From assembly GCF_009914755.1 (NCBI RefSeq), contig NC_060926.1: 64,000 nucleotides of DNA; one strand, 5' to 3'. The notes beneath the pieces were generated by a model. It ran no database searches, was not told the DNA's origin, and was given only the letters and a program-made list of their open reading frames with translations. Positions 30,459-46,899 of the stretch are shown here, one piece after another. The position numbers were made by a program, and so were the translations under genes. The stretch's first letter is position 1, and each line of letters begins with the position of its first letter. The DNA comes from the human T2T-CHM13v2.0 reference genome, Homo sapiens.

Positions 30459-32569
<2,111 letters not shown>

Positions 32570-33334
32570 AAGATGCACTTTTATTCTAGCTTCCTAAAAG
32601 CAATGGCCCTTGATGGCAAGACTGAAGGACTGCTGAGCACTTGAGAGGAGACCCAGTCTGTGGACATGCCTTTCTGACTGATGTACCCTGGTGGTGGTTT
32701 TGTTTTTCCTTGTCTGACTTCACTCTGAAAAGGGCGCTAATTTCAAGCGATGAGCAAGTCATATCAAGGCTACCCATATGGCAGAGACAGCAAACTTTAC
32801 TAAAATGGTGGTTTGTCCCTTTCTTTATTGTTATTTTTTTAATTAAAGTTTGAAGTTGTTTTCTCGTTTTCTTACATCCACATTTTCTTCCATGCCCTGC
32901 CAGTGGATGAGATGGAGTCACAGATTTTGGAGCTGATGTCTTCCATGAGTCGTGGCTGTGTGGTGGTGAGGTCGGCTGCTGCTGGTGCTGTCCAGTTTTG
33001 AACTGACTTGAGCGTTGTGGCCGGTGTAGCAGTCAGCCATAGACTAGGGGAACCTTGGTGTATGTGTTTTTATGGTTTCCTTTAGCATTGTTAGTTCAAA
33101 AGTATGTCACCTATTCAGAACTGGTTATTTGGTTATTTCAGAACTCCAAATCTTACAAAGTCTAATGAAAATCTTACACAATCTTACACAGTTTAGTAAA
33201 CAAAACACACAAGGCCAGAGGGACAAATGTACCTCAGAGCTGGGGCTCTGAGTCCTGCCCACTTTTCTTGTGAATGAGCTTCCCACTCGAGGTTGGCTTG
33301 CTCCTCTTTCTAATAATTCTAACAAGTTTAACGG

Positions 33335-33950
33335 GTTTTTTATTGTGGTATAATACTTATAACATGAAAGTCATTATAAAGTGTGCCAGTGGAATTTATG
33401 TTTTATTATATTAATGATGTTTCGACCGTCAGCACTGTCTAGTTCCAGAAGTTTCCTTTTGGGAAGTTTTCATCTCCCCAAAAGGAAACTCTCTACCCAT
33501 CAGCAGCCACCCCGCTGGGCCCCTTCTTCCTGGCCCCAGGCCACCACAACCTGCTTTCTTTCTCTGTGAATTTGCCCACTCTGGAGATTTGATATAAGTG
33601 GAATCATCCGATACATGGCCCTTTGGTCTAGCTTCTTTTACTTCGTATTTTCGAAGTTCATCCAGGATCATAGAGTATATCAGAATTCCATTCCCCTCTA
33701 TAGCTGAAGAATGTCCCACTGTATGGTATTTCCACATTTTGTTTATCCATTCATCTGCTGACGGACATTGGGCTGTTTCCACCTTTTGGCTCTTGTGGGT
33801 AGAGCTGCACTTAACATTTGGGTACAAACATTTGCTTGAACACCTGTCTTAGATTTTGGGTGTATACCTAGGAATGGACTTGCTGGGTCACGTGGTCATC
33901 CTAGGTGTACGTTATTGAAGAGCCGCCCTATGTTTTCCACAGCAGCCCTT
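33335..33950 (-). mobile_element. L1MB-like 3' fragment
   Basis: CACATTTTGTTTATCCATTCATCTGCTGACGGACATTGGGCTGTTTCCACCTTTTGGCT and GTATACCTAGGAATGG; ORF 33429-33827 shows decayed ORF2 C-terminal similarity. Confidence 0.85.
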
Positions 33951-35974
33951 GGATTTCACTTTTATCTACAGTAATGCGGAAGAAGGGGGCTGATTTGTGA
34001 CAGGTGGGCAAATCTGCAGTGTTAAGAAGAGGCAGGAGACAGGGAACCCATGCAATCCACATACTTCAGAGGCAGGTGGTGCTCCTGGCTCACACTGTAG
34101 GTAATATTTGCCCTGTGCCTGTCAGCTTCATCTGTGTGCATGGGCTGAGCTGGGAAGAACCAGGGGACCTGGAAAGGGGTTAGGGAGCTTGTCTATGCCA
34201 GCATCCTTGACACCGGCATGATATCAGGATCCCTATTCCTCTTCACAAGGCCCAGGCCTTACCCCAAACCTGCTGTACATCCATCCCAAGGGGGGAGGCT
34301 GGCATCTGTGTTTCTTGCTGCATTTATTTAAATGCAGTTCAGCCTAATGCACAGCCCGGGATGAGACTGCAGGTGAAGTGTCATATTTTAAGATGTGCTC
34401 ATGAGAGGCATGGATACAAGGCCAGGCCTCCCTGGCTGACATTTGGGTGCTTGCCATGGGCCAGGCCCTGCCCTCCTTGCTGGGTGAGCGCTGTACCAGT
34501 TGGTCATCGCAATGGTCTTAAGCATCACTGAGGAAGACATTGAGGCCCAGATAGGGACTGTCCTTGGCCAAGGCCTCCTAGCCTTGAGTAGGGGCCCCGG
34601 CCAGCAGTGGGGCTCACTGCCTCTCAGGCTCAACATCCCAGGGGGATGGGAAGAAAACATTCTGGGAGATGAGTGGAGAGAGACTGATTCTCTGTAGGTG
34701 ATGGCATGTGCCTTGAGCTGAAAGGTGCTTCCGGTTTCTTTGTAGCGATGGGGTCAGCTGCTCCAGGCAGCTGTGGCAGCATGAGTGAAACAGAGGGGCT
34801 TATTCCAGTGCATGTGGGGGAGAGGAGGGAGGTGGGCTCAGCCAGAGCAGAGGGATTTGAAGAGTGGCAGTGGAGGAGATATTTGAAAGGTGTGTTGGGA
34901 CCCGTATGCAGGGTGCCGTGTTTGGACTTTGTTTTGTAGGGCACAAGACAGTTGAAGGCTTTGGAACTGGGAGGAAAGTGACAAGAAGGAGTACCAGGCT
35001 GTGGGACACTGGACACTGAGAAAAGGAAGAGGCTATGGGGGAAGAGAGGGGCCGTGAGACCCGGGGCAAGTGTGGACTTGGGGGACACAGTAGCGGAAAG
35101 CAGCAGGCCTGGGCAGTCACCTAACTGCAGGTGCCAAGGTCGTGGTCTGTGTCCCGGGAGACCAGCGGGTGGGTGTCCAGAGATGGGGGCACCAGAACCA
35201 TGTGGGTCATGTATATTTAATGCTGCCTGCTTGAGAAAGCAGGGGCTTGGCATATGTTTTAGGAGAAAGTTTTATTTCTTGAAATGGTTAAACTGATAAA
35301 TCCTCAGTTATCCCAAAGGCTCAGGGTTCCAGAAAATGGCTCCGTTGAAGGGTGAATCCCATAGATCTTATAAGAGTGATTGTAACCCTGCCTTGGTATA
35401 GCCAGGGAGCAGAGATAGAGGGTAGGAACCAGATTGCCCTGGGGAAAGCAGGTCAGCCTGAAACGGCATGACCTTTGATGTCACCTCCGTGCAGGAATGA
35501 ATTTCTCTACCATATGAATAGCACCATCAACTAATACATTTTTATTATTCCTGCCACTTCATAAATAGTGTCTCCATCTTAATTTGCATGTGTCTGTCAC
35601 TCTCCATGGTCTTTAAAGGTTTGTATAAACTTGTAAATTAATCCTCCTTTACATGCATAAGGCAAACCAGCTCCTTGATGAAACCTTTGATGAATCTTTT
35701 TACAAGTGCATAATATCCACCAGCCAATTTCTTATTCTGTAAATTATTTTGCCATTTTGGTTTTGTTTAATTTAGGGTGTGACAGTACTGGCATCATATT
35801 TCTGTCTAGTGAATAGGAGAATCAGACCACCAAAATATTAGAGGAGACCCTCTGAGTTGGTAGAGATTGAAGCAGAGCTAAGCCCTCGCTGGTGACCAAA
35901 AGAAACTTCGTCTCCCCGTATGAATCTCATTCTTGGCAAAGCCCACAGTTTGAGAACCCCCAGCAGGCATTCCA

Positions 35975-36092
35975 GAGCTGCACTGTCCCATAAGGTAGCC
36001 ACCGACCACACTCAGTGAACAGCGACCACATTGAAGAGCCCATACACGACACGTTTCCATCAGTGCAGAAAGTTCCACTGGACAGCACTGCT
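35975..36092. mobile_element. MER3/MER33-like hAT fragment
   Basis: Termini CTGCACTGTCC...GGTAGCCAC and TTTCCATCAGTGCAGAAAGTTCCACTGGACAGCACTGCT. Confidence 0.6.
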
Positions 36093-37519
36093 CCACAATA
36101 ATGAAGAAAAAGGAAACCTGTTTTACTTTACTGAGTATAATTAGCAGAAAGTCTTATTTGATGACTTTTCTCTGGGTCCCCCTTGTCAAGTGTGAGTCCT
36201 CTGAGTGGAGAGGGCTATAGTCTCTCCATAGTAAGGCAGAAAGACGTGCCCACTGGGAAACACCCAGCAATTTAATAGGGCCCTGGGTCCAACACCAACT
36301 TGGAGTTCTTAACTAATGCCAAGCCAGGTAAAGTGCTTTGTTCATTGAGTCTTGCAACTCCATTAGTGATTCAAAACAAAGTAAACCTCTGTCCCTATCT
36401 CTGTAGGATAGTTGCAGGGAAGCAATAGCTTGTGTCTGTAGAATGCACTTGCTTTTACTAAGAGGCAGTAAGGAACTGTCTCAGTATGAAAATGTGCATA
36501 TACAGAACGACCATCCGTTTTTGGTGTAAGCAAAGGGGACCATGTGTGCCTGTTGTGCACTGTCTGTGCAGAACTTTCAGAAACTGTCAGTGATGCACAA
36601 GGACGTGTGTGTCCAGAGAAGAGACGCCTGTGCAGGCTTTCCTGGCAGTCTATAAAGGGGCGAGCTCTGTCTCAGTCCAGGCTTTCCCACCCAGGGTTCC
36701 TCTGGGGCTCTTTCATCTCATTATGTCTGGCTATTGTGACATTTAGAGTATTCAGGTGAATGCCGGTTGCTGCCTTGGTGTGGAAGGGACGTCGTCGCTT
36801 TTCCACCCTAGAATGACCTTTGATCTTACCTGTCAGGACGTGATCTAGGCATCAAAGCCACCAGTTCCCAGAACGTCACCTGCGACCAGCATAGGTCTGT
36901 GTCTCTGGGTTGTTTTGGAGAATATGGAGCCTTTTGAGATGCATTAGCAGAAGTCTTTTTGGTCTGACTGTGTGAGATTATATGTGCATGCATCAGGGGC
37001 TTTTTTCACCCAAATTGCAAAGATTCCCAGTATTTAGAGATTAGATGTGGTTAGAAAAGTGCATTTCCAGTATGCAATTGTAAAGCAGGAAAAACCTAAA
37101 GCTTTCAAAAAGAGAGGGCAAGGCAGGCTGGAGGAGGTGTTCAGAGCTGGTTTTGCTGAACTTTTGGGCCTGGGGAAGGTTCCACCAGTGTCCTGGCTCT
37201 TGGGCTTCATCTCTCGCAGCAGATCTGCACAGCTCCAACTGGGCTATCAGTGCTGTGGGCCTCGGTCCAGGAGGCTGGGTGGATGCTGGGAAGGGGATGG
37301 AGGGAGGACATGTTGCCAGGTGATGGTGGCTGGCTCTACATGCCCCTGCTCCTGGAGAAGCCCTGGTGCCATGTTTCTCCCTGGCTCTGGCTTCCTGTCT
37401 ATCACAGGAGGAACACAGGTGTGATGTCAGTGTGATCTTCACTACACACAGCCTTTAACAAGGTAGCCCATGACATGGAGAGAACTTATCACTCCTCTTA
37501 GAGATTTCCTCTGCTTTTC

Positions 37520-38175
37520 TGTTTTAAATAGACTTTCTGTTTTAGAGCAGTTTTAGGTTCACAGCAAGATTGAGCAGAAGGTACAGAGAATTCCCATAGA
37601 CCTCCTGCCCCGCCCCCATGTGCAGCCTTTCCATCAGCATCAGCCACCAGAGTGGTGTCACATTAGGGTTTACTCTTGGTGTTGGACATTCCACGGGTTT
37701 GGACAAATCTATAATGCGATGTATCCACCATTAGAGTTTCACACTCAGTACTTTCCCTGCCCTTAAAAATCCATGTGCTCTATCTGGTTATCCCTCCCTG
37801 GCCTCACCCTCTGGCTGCCGTGGGTCTTTGTACTGTCGCTGTAGTTCTGCGTTCTCCAGAACATCATACAGTTGGAAGTATACAGTGCGTAGCCTTTTCA
37901 GACTGGCTTCTCTCTCTTAGTAATTCATGTTTGAGGTTCCTCCATGTCTTTTCATGGCTTCATAGTTGATTTCTTTTTATCACTGAATAACACTCCATTG
38001 TCTGGGTGGACCCCAGTTTGTTTATCCACTCACCTCCTGAGGCTATCTTGGTGGCTTCCGCATTCTGGCAGTTATGAATAAAGCTGCTCTAAACTTTCAT
38101 GAGTGGGTTTCTCATGAAATGTTTTCATGAGATGTAAGTTTCATGAAATGTTTTGTGGATGTAAGTTTTCATGGT
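37520..38175 (-). mobile_element. L1MC-like 3' fragment
   Basis: TTTAGAGCAGTTTTAGGTTCACAGCAAGATTGAGCAGAAGGTACAGAG and GCCTTTTCAGACTGGCTTCT. Confidence 0.85.
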
Positions 38176-41100
38176 GTTGGGGTTTTCGGGACCCCAGCTT
38201 ACCTCCCACCCGGATGGAATCTCCTAGTGTAGCATTTCCTGCTTGTGCACAGATAGCGTCAAGTCTTGCCCATGGTGACAGGGCGACAGCAATGCCTGTC
38301 CCTGAGGGGGCGTCTGTGGGCAGGTGGGCAGGTGCCGCCCCAGCCCCAGGGGGTGGAGGAGAGTCCAGAGGTCTGGGGCTCTTTTTCCCTGTTAGCGCTC
38401 AGAAGGGACACTGTCTACTCCATGCTGGGGAGGCCCAGCCCCCCACCCTGCTCTTCCCCTGGGTCTGGGAGGCATAGCTCTGGCAGCAGCCCCGTTCACA
38501 GCAGGGACTTGGTTCTAGGTCTCGTTCTGCCGGGCCTGCCTCATCTCTTTCCCTGCTCCTTCTGAGGTACAGAACAGTCAAAGTCCACCTTGGTTTCTGT
38601 GACTTGCTGGGCCTGGAAAAAGAGAACTGGCTGAGTTTAAATGACTTCAGGTACATAAATATTAGTTGCTGCAGTTTCTCCACCACGGAATCACAGTGAG
38701 GTCAGTGTGGAGTGCGAGGGTGCCTCCCTGTGAACAGGCTTCTGCTCGTGAGTGCCTTTGTAGTGTCCTGGTGCTAACTGGGGATGTATCCTAGGACTTT
38801 AAGAACTAGCGCATCCGTCTTGGGTCAGGTTTCTCAGGAAGGCACATAACTGGAGTCCCAGCCAAGAGGAAAGATGTATGTGGCCAGCAGCAGCTCGCTG
38901 GCTGCACCGCTGAGGGGACTCGCACAACTCTGCCGCTTGTCCTGATGGATTCTGTGGCAAAGGCCAAGGATGGCCTGCATCTGAACGGAAGGCCAGGCAT
39001 TAAAAAGCAAAGGGCAGGGAGGATCATCGTGATCCTTTCTCTCCTCTGTTTTTCTAAGCCATGAGCACGCTGAATTTCAGTACGCAAAAAAAAAAAGCCC
39101 CCTTTAAGCAGAAAAACCATTCTAGGGACATTGAGAGACTAGAAATCCTTGCCTAATTTCAGATTAAGCAAAACATAAGCATTTGGCAAATGCCGAGATT
39201 GTAAAGTTGTGCAAGCAGAAGAATCACTTTGAAATTTGAGCGCAGCCCCAGATGTTCGGGAGCATTTCCATGCGACTGCTCCTCCTAGCGTGACTGGCTG
39301 GTGCCTCCCGGCCCCCAGCCCGGTCCCCAGTGCTTGTCCTCTGCCCACTCGCTGCACAGACCTGGGGTGAGGAAGAAATGCCGCCGAGCGCCAGAAGATT
39401 AGGAGGGAATTGTGTGAGGCCTCCTCTCAAAGCCAGGGTGGCTCTCGGCATACGCGTTTATCTGAGTGACTGAATCATAGCACAATCATTTTGGCGACCG
39501 TGGGATAAACGCTGTGAGAGAACTGTGGTTTGTCCTTGCGGGTGTGTTGGTTCAAAGTCATGTGAGTAGAGCCAGCTCCTGAGGGGATCGTCTCATGCTC
39601 ACACTGGGGGCAGCATTTGTCTCTTGTCAGCTGTGAGATCAGAGTCCTAGGGAAGCCAGAATGGTCTCTCAGATCATGCCCTGGCCAGAATCCGGGGCTG
39701 CCCTGGCCAGCCGCCAGATACTGACCCTTCTGGTCTCATCCAATCTAAAGACAAAGCATGAAAGCCCAGCCCTGACGAGCTCTGGCCTGAGGCCACCCAT
39801 CCACTCAGAGGCAGACATTGGCTTGGAGAAGAAAGAGGGATGAACTTCTGGAACCAAAGCCAGCTGGAATTCCTTGCCTCTGGTAGGTGAGCCAAGTGAA
39901 TTCAATATGTAATGAAACTGTACTTCATAACTTCCCTGAGAACATTTGTATTTCAAGTGTCTGTCCCAGAACAGATCAAAGCCCTCTGCTAACTGGGATT
40001 ACAGATGGGAAAGGAGTGGCTCTCCATCGATCCTGGTGTTTGTATCCTGCCTGGAACAGCTCACTTTAGGGACAGCAGCTGCTTGTAGGTGTCTGCAGAA
40101 GAGGCACTCCCATCTCTGCCTAGATGGGGGCATGGCTTAGTAACTCTCCAGTACCCTGTTCTTGGCTGTCGCCCTGTATATGCCAGATAGTGACAGTGGC
40201 ATCGTTTTGCAGGACCAAGTGTTAAGCTTGCTGCATTTTTTGGAGTTGAGAAAGAGTTGGTTCCTGGCATCGTGATATGAACTCTACATTTATTTCCCCT
40301 CTTCCTAAGCCAGTGCAGGTTAGTTGACTGCAAAGAGACAATGTCCTGAGCTGTGTCTGCCTGTGGGCTCAGTGGGGTCCCGGGGATCACCCAGGCATCC
40401 TTTTCAGCCTGCTGGGCTGAAAGCTTGGATTTACAAGTGATTCGTTTTCTTACTCTTGCACTTCTGCTGGGGTAGTGACGGTGGTCAAGAGAAACACATG
40501 TTAGTACAGATGTGTATTCTGAGTGAGAGGGGGCTCACAGGGCTGAAAACAAGCCCAGTGGGGCTCGTTCCAGAACAGAAAGCCCCACACTCCCCCATCT
40601 TCTCTTATCATCCCTGTTGTTTTTAAACATTCCCCTTATCATCTCCTCCTCTCTTTTTAAAGTGTGCGATCTTGAAGAGTGCCGTGCCGGAGCCAAATGG
40701 TGTGGGCAGGTGCAGCCTGCCTGCCCCCAGCCTGTCCAGGCCGTGTGTGGCTGTTTCCCTTCACTGCCCAGTCCAATCTGGAGCTTTTTCCAGCCAAACA
40801 AAGGCACCTCTGTCCCCTTAGAGGAAAGAGAGCCAGTAGGAGTATCAGCCCATTTGCCCTGCATTTGGGACCTAGAAATCCCCCGGTGGTTACATCTGGG
40901 GTCCCTCCTTGCAGGGGCAAGGTGAACGAGCTGCTGTGAGAAGTAAGAGAAGTCAGAGTGGGTGATGGAGAGTGGGGGGTGCTATTCTGGAGGTTCCCAG
41001 CTGGAGCTGTTTCCATTCTAGGTCTTCACGGAGCTACTTCCTCGAAGCTGGGGGTGGCCTCTTATGGTCCCTTCCTTAGGCCTGGAACCAAGTCCTACTA

Positions 41101-41829
41101 GTGCTCCTGTAAAGCCTGTAGAAGCAACACAACTCTTCTCTCACCCCAGTTCTCATGGCCGTCACAGCCCTCGGCTTGCCTCTGCTCGGCTCATTGACTC
41201 TAATTCCATTTTTGAGGGCTGCTTTCCGGGCAGAGGAGGGCGGTGGGAATGAGAGCAGAGGTTTCCTTCCTGTTCTCTGCACAGCAGCCAGTGGCCACCT
41301 GGACTAGAGAGGGAGGTACAGGCCCTCACCCTTTCCCAAGCCCACCTGAGCAGCAGGTACAACGTTTGATCTCACCACAGTGAGTGCAAAACCATCCTTC
41401 CTGCTGGAACCACCGCAGGCGCCCATCCTCGGCAGTGAGCCACAACTTCCTCCTCACGTCTTCTTAACCAAGGCCAGTTATACCCTTTCATGCTCAAAGG
41501 GAGGCTGTCCTACCTGCTGGATACATGTTTGTTATCTGGGAGAAGTTTAGGCCTCTCCCCACCTAATCAGAATGTCTAAACCCTCTGCTTACTAGGTCAC
41601 CAAAATCAGTGCTGGATTCCAGCTCTATAACACCCAATATGCACAACTGTTGTTCTTGTAAAATTACTGGCATTCCTCTTCTGTAAAGATATCAGCCCCG
41701 CAGATGAACAGACAAGTAAACAACGTCAGGCAGATGAACTTTCTGCTGGGAGAAAATAAAACTCGAGGCACATTGCTTTGCTTGCTGTACATGGACAGGC
41801 AGAGTGGTCAGATGGAATGGCCATGGATT

Positions 41830-41960
41830 CGGGCACCAGACCAAGATTCAAATCCCTGCCCTACGATACTCATCACCTGGGTTAACCTTCTGAACCACAA
41901 ACACTTCATCTGTAAAGTGATGGTAATATTGCCATCTTGCAGGGTTTTAGGATATGGATT
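41830..41960 (+). mobile_element. MIR
   Basis: GATTCAAATCCC...TTAACCTTCTGAACC...CTTCATCTGTAAAGTGATGGTAATA. Confidence 0.6.
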
Positions 41961-44834
41961 AGATTGTATGTAAGGCATCTACATACCTACATAGATTGTT
42001 CCATGGGAGCTCAAAAATGGCTGCTCTTACTGATAACTTATAGACATGTAAGTAATGATTACTACTGATAATGATTAGTGATAAGTAGTATTCATGGAAG
42101 AAAGACTCACGGACACACAAGACGCCATGTGCATGGATGCACCTCTCAAACGCTTCTTTGCAGCTCTTCACATTCTTTGAGGTATGCAGTCAGTAATAGA
42201 ACTCAAACCTTATATCCTCGGATTCACTTTTAATTAGGCTGTTCTCATTAAAACGCCATTCCTTTATTGTCTTGCCACTTAATTTAGTAAATTGGTAGAG
42301 CAAATGTGGCATGCAGATTGCCTCTTCCATACCAGAACGTCATCATTCATTGCCAAAGCCTATGTGGATTAGGAGCATTTGAAGTGGAAATTAGTTGAGT
42401 TCAGGGCATACAGTTGTTGAATTTTGATTATCAGCTTATAGTATTTTTAAAATTAGATTATGCTTTGTTTCCATTTAACAAAGGAAGATAAATGTTGTGG
42501 TTGATGTTTTTATTAAAATAGAAATTTAACAAACATTCTCCAATAACTGGATGGATTACAGGAGATGAGACAATCAATAGAGGATTACATTTTGCAAAGC
42601 CAATTTAGGAACCTTGTCTAGATAAAACCCTCTTGTGGCAGAAGGGATCTGGCAAAAATGAATAAATTTGTAATAAGTGTCAACCCTGGCCCCCTGCCGT
42701 GCAACTCAAGTATAGACAGATTTTTGGAGGGAAGATCTACTTCCAACTACTGTTATTCTGCTAGAGAGATGTGTTCGCGAGGGATTGGTCACATTTTGAC
42801 ATCAGAGGCTGGCCATGACAATCCCAAGGTTCTGCCAAATTCCAGTGGATTCCCACTGCTTACTTCAAGTCCCAGTGTGGTCAGGACTTCAGGACTTCTC
42901 TGAAGGGGAGATGGGGCCCTTTTCTGGAGGATCAGAGCTCTGAAGATGATTGGTCCTCGTTATTCAGTATGAAAGCAAATACCACATTTCAAGAAGTGGA
43001 TGGCTCTTTTTAAAATAAGTCACCTTGGCAACTGGAAGGCACAGCAAGGAGCGAGAAAGGGTAAGGGAGAGAAGCGGGGAGAGGGAAAGAATGAGGAAAG
43101 GGAAAAAGAAGGGTAAGGAGTAAGGGGGAGGAAGAGAGAGACAAGACACGGATACACAGGAGACTCAGCGCCCCTTCAAGCATTCTGGAATCCCCCGAAT
43201 AATCACCACTCCTTCTCCCTTCTTGCTGGAACTTTGTGTATTTTGCATTTCCTGTTGAAGTCATAAATCCAGATCCTGCTCTGTAAACCCATGGAGTCTG
43301 AGGGCAGCCAGGGCCGGCAGAGGCAGAACATTTCAACATGTGCCGAAATGTTCCCACAGGCAGACTAGGCAGTTGGGGTGGCAGGAATCCAGGAGCCTGA
43401 ACTAGGAGGCGGGTGAGTTGTCTTTGCCTGAGAGTTGAGCTTAAATCAGCCAATAAAATTGTCCATCTTAAGGAAGCTGAAATTTCTAAATAAGCCTATA
43501 AATAATTTCACAAATAGGGCCTGTGCTGTGTAATAGTGTGCACTGATTTTGAGAGTTACTGCAAGAATAAATTTGCTGAATGAATAAATCTGCAGTAGTC
43601 GCCAGTCAAATGTCAAAGGCTGGTCTCCAGCAGAAATAACCTTTTAAAAAGGACTCATTAGCTGAGCACACAGGGCACCCACATAAGTGATTTCTAATTC
43701 ATTAAGAGGTAGATGATCAGCTCATATTTTGCTTTTCCAGCAAATAAGGATTCAAATAAGAACCCTTCTCCAACTCAGAAATCAGGCTTCTGGTGCCTGC
43801 AAATCTCCCCACATCAGGATATGGGCAGACAGCTTTATTGCTATCAATTAAAGTTCCATGCACAAACCTTGTAATGTTAAGATGAGGCCAAGAGGTGGCT
43901 TTTCCCTGGCTAGATTGGAATTTAGTGAGAGTGGGCAGGCAATATAAAGAGGCCAAATCTGACTGTGGGCAAGGCTGCTGAGCTGTGTTGCAGAGGGATT
44001 TTCTTATACCCCTAGGTGGTCTCGTTGAAATGTTTTATCAGAGACAGGAGGGAGCTTGCAGACTTTGTGGGGCTTCTGCTTTTGCCACTGTGCCCGGGCT
44101 CCCAGCATATGCTCCAGAGAGAGGCCTCGGCTTCCAGAGACAATGCAATGGGTGGGAAGGGGAGGTGTGTATTTCTAGAGTGGGAAGGAGGGCCGGGGGC
44201 CATCAGGACCCTCTGGCTCATCAGGTCTTGGGCTGGGAGTCATTGGGTGTATAGCAGGCACTGACTGGCACAGGGGCAAGTGTCTATGAAGCAGGTGACA
44301 CAGAGGAAGACAAACTGAAGAAGATACCTGTATGACTCCAGCTATAGGATCCACATATTCACCACAATGGGCATTTGTGTAAATGAAGAATCACAAACAC
44401 ACATATGCACATACTATCCCAAAGAATATTCAGTGAGATTTAGAAAAACAACCAACCCAAGTGCATTCTCTGTTAGTGATTGGTAGCATGCTGTCCCTCT
44501 CCAGGAAGAATATTGTAGGTAGTGGTAGATGGGGCATAAGTCTGAGCCCCCAGCGAAGCTTGAACTCAGCTGAATGTGCATCTGCACTGGGGCTGGAGAC
44601 TCCTGATGTGCATGGGGTTTTGGTGAGGTTGAGCTGTGTGTCCGCCAAGCTCCCTGAGCCTGTGCCTCGAGGAGATAAGGTGAAGGTGGCCTGCTCTTCC
44701 ACCCTCCTGTAAGAGTGGGCATGAGGATGCTTCTCTAAGCTGTCAACATGTTTTATAGATGTTAATTATTTTTGTTATTTTAGGTCTCCAAATATTTCAG
44801 AGTGCTAATCTTTTAGCTTTTCTTATGTTTTTAT

Positions 44835-45490
44835 CTTTTTAAAAGTAATTTGTAGTATAGTGACAGAGCTGTGCAACCACCATCACTGTCTAATTTCAGA
44901 AACTTTCCATCACTGTAAAAAGAAATGCCATACCTATCAGTAGTCACTCTCTGTTCCCCTTCCCCCAGCCCCTGGAAAACACTAATGTAATTTCTGTCCC
45001 TGTGGATCTTTCTTTCTGGACATTTCTATGAATGGAAGCAGATAATATGTGGCCTTTTGTGTCTTACTTCTTTCACTTAGCATAATATTTTCAAGGTTCG
45101 TCTTGGTTGTAGCATGTTTCACTACTTCATGTTTTTATGGCTGAATAATAATCCATTGTGTGGCTAGACCACATTTTGCTTATACCATTAATCAGTGGAT
45201 GGACATCTGGGATGTTCTCACTTTTTCACCATCACAGGTAGTGCCCTGTGACTATTGATGTACAAGTTTTTTGTGGACAGGTTTCCACTGCTCTAGGAGT
45301 AGGGGTACTGGGTCGCATGGTAACTCTCTTTAACCTTCTGAGGGGCTGCCAGGCAGTTGTTCCAAGTGGCTGCACCATTTTCCATTCCCACCGGCAATGT
45401 ATGACATTCCAGTTTCTCCACATCTTTGTCAACATTCATTATTGCCAGTCTTTGTGATTTTAGCCATCCTAGTGGATGTGAAGTAGTTTT
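44835..45490 (-). mobile_element. L1MB-like 3' fragment
   Basis: GTGCAACCACCATCACT, TTTCACTTAGCATAAT, TTTTATGGCTGAATAAT, CCATTTTCCATTCCCACC. Confidence 0.85.
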
Positions 45491-46296
45491 GATTAATCTT
45501 TTAGATTTTAAAATAATAATGAAAGTTACAACTGTCATCTTAATAGAAGGAAAACCAGGTTGATGATCTGTTGACTAATATTTGCAAAGTGCTAATAAGC
45601 CCTTTGAAGACAGTATTTGAAGAAGGCGAAGTTGATCCTTTCTCCTGGAACTCCTTTCTCCTGGATCCCAAAGCTGTGGATCCCTGCTGGTAGTAAAGTA
45701 GATGAAATTAGAATTGCTGCATAAGCGCCAAATGACTTGAAGGAGAGCATGAATGTCCAGACGGGGATAGAGACCAACTATGAATCTGCCTGTAACTCCA
45801 AGGACAGTACTCTCCGTCCCTCTCCTTGAGGTGTGTGCAAGCACGCACGCTGGCACACTGTCTCCTGGAAGGAACGGTGGAGCTGTCGCTTCCCCAAACC
45901 CTCTCCTCTTGCCATTCCTATACAGTAATGACTAGTATAGACAAATACAATCACACAGTTTTGGCAAGGAAAAGTTTGTTCTGGGAGAGGCCTTTGGCTT
46001 GCGTAAGAGATGTTTTTAAAATGTGTGTGGTTTTTGTGTCTTGTTTTTCCTAGAGGCTAGAAGGGAGGATGCCATGGCTCTGACAAGGCCCAAGAGGTCA
46101 GGGAGGGGTCCCTTGGCCACATTTCCTCTGCAGTGCTCGGAAACAACTCACTGGTCTTTAATTTTCTGTGAAGATCAGTGTCTCACTTCATCCCTCCAGC
46201 TGGCATGGCTGGAGTCAAAGTGAGTCGGTTTACACAGAGTAAGCCAAGAAATCGTAGAATCCCAGGAGTCATTGGATTTCAGGGACTGCCATTTAA

Positions 46297-46489
46297 TTTC
46301 TTTCTTTCTTTCTTTCTTTTTTTTTTTTTTTTTTTTTTTTTTTGGAGACCAGGTCTTGCTCTGTCACTCAGGCTGGAGTACAGTGGTGTGATCATGGCTC
46401 ACTGTAATCTCAAACCCTGGGCTCTAGCAGTCCTCCCACTTCAGCCTCCTGAGTAGATGGGACTACAGGCATGTGCCACCATGTACAGC
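46297..46489 (-). mobile_element. Alu right-arm monomer (FRAM/AluJ-like)
   Basis: (TTTC)n/T tail, then GGTCTTGCTCTGTCACTCAGGCTGGAGTACAGTGGTGTGATCATGGCTCACTG; no left arm. Confidence 0.88.
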
Positions 46490-46899
46490 ATATCATTTCC
46501 TTTCTTGGTTCCCCGCTTCCCCCAGTGACACAGCCCCTTTACAACATCCCTTAATATGGCTGCTCTGAGTCTGCTTTAATCCAAAACAGTTACAGAACTC
46601 ACTCACCACTTCCCAAAGCAGCCTGTTCCATTCTCAGCACTGATCGCTAGAAGGTTCTTTTCTATATGCCCACTCATCTCCTGGTTTCCAAGCCAGGCAT
46701 CACTACATGTTCCTTGGAATGTCCTGCAGACTCTACCAGCCTGGAGTAGTGTGTAGGGGTTCAGGTGCCTGCTGCACCCTCCTTATTACTGCAGGGCAAA
46801 GATGCTGGCCCGAGCAGGGACCACACCTCCCTTTGTTCCAAATCACTCCTGGGAAAAAGTTCAGAGAGGGTTGAAAGTATGCATAGTGTTTCCATTAGA

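Noticed and set aside
40663-40709. Possible 47-bp exon after a long pyrimidine tract
   Set aside because: AAG acceptor and weak CAG|GTGCAG donor; no recognisable peptide.
41845-41857. tRNA B-box-like GATTCAAATCCC
   Set aside because: Part of a MIR (tRNA-derived SINE); no cloverleaf.
43045-43145. Polypurine tract (possible triplex)
   Set aside because: Low-complexity GA-rich sequence without clear mirror symmetry; common.
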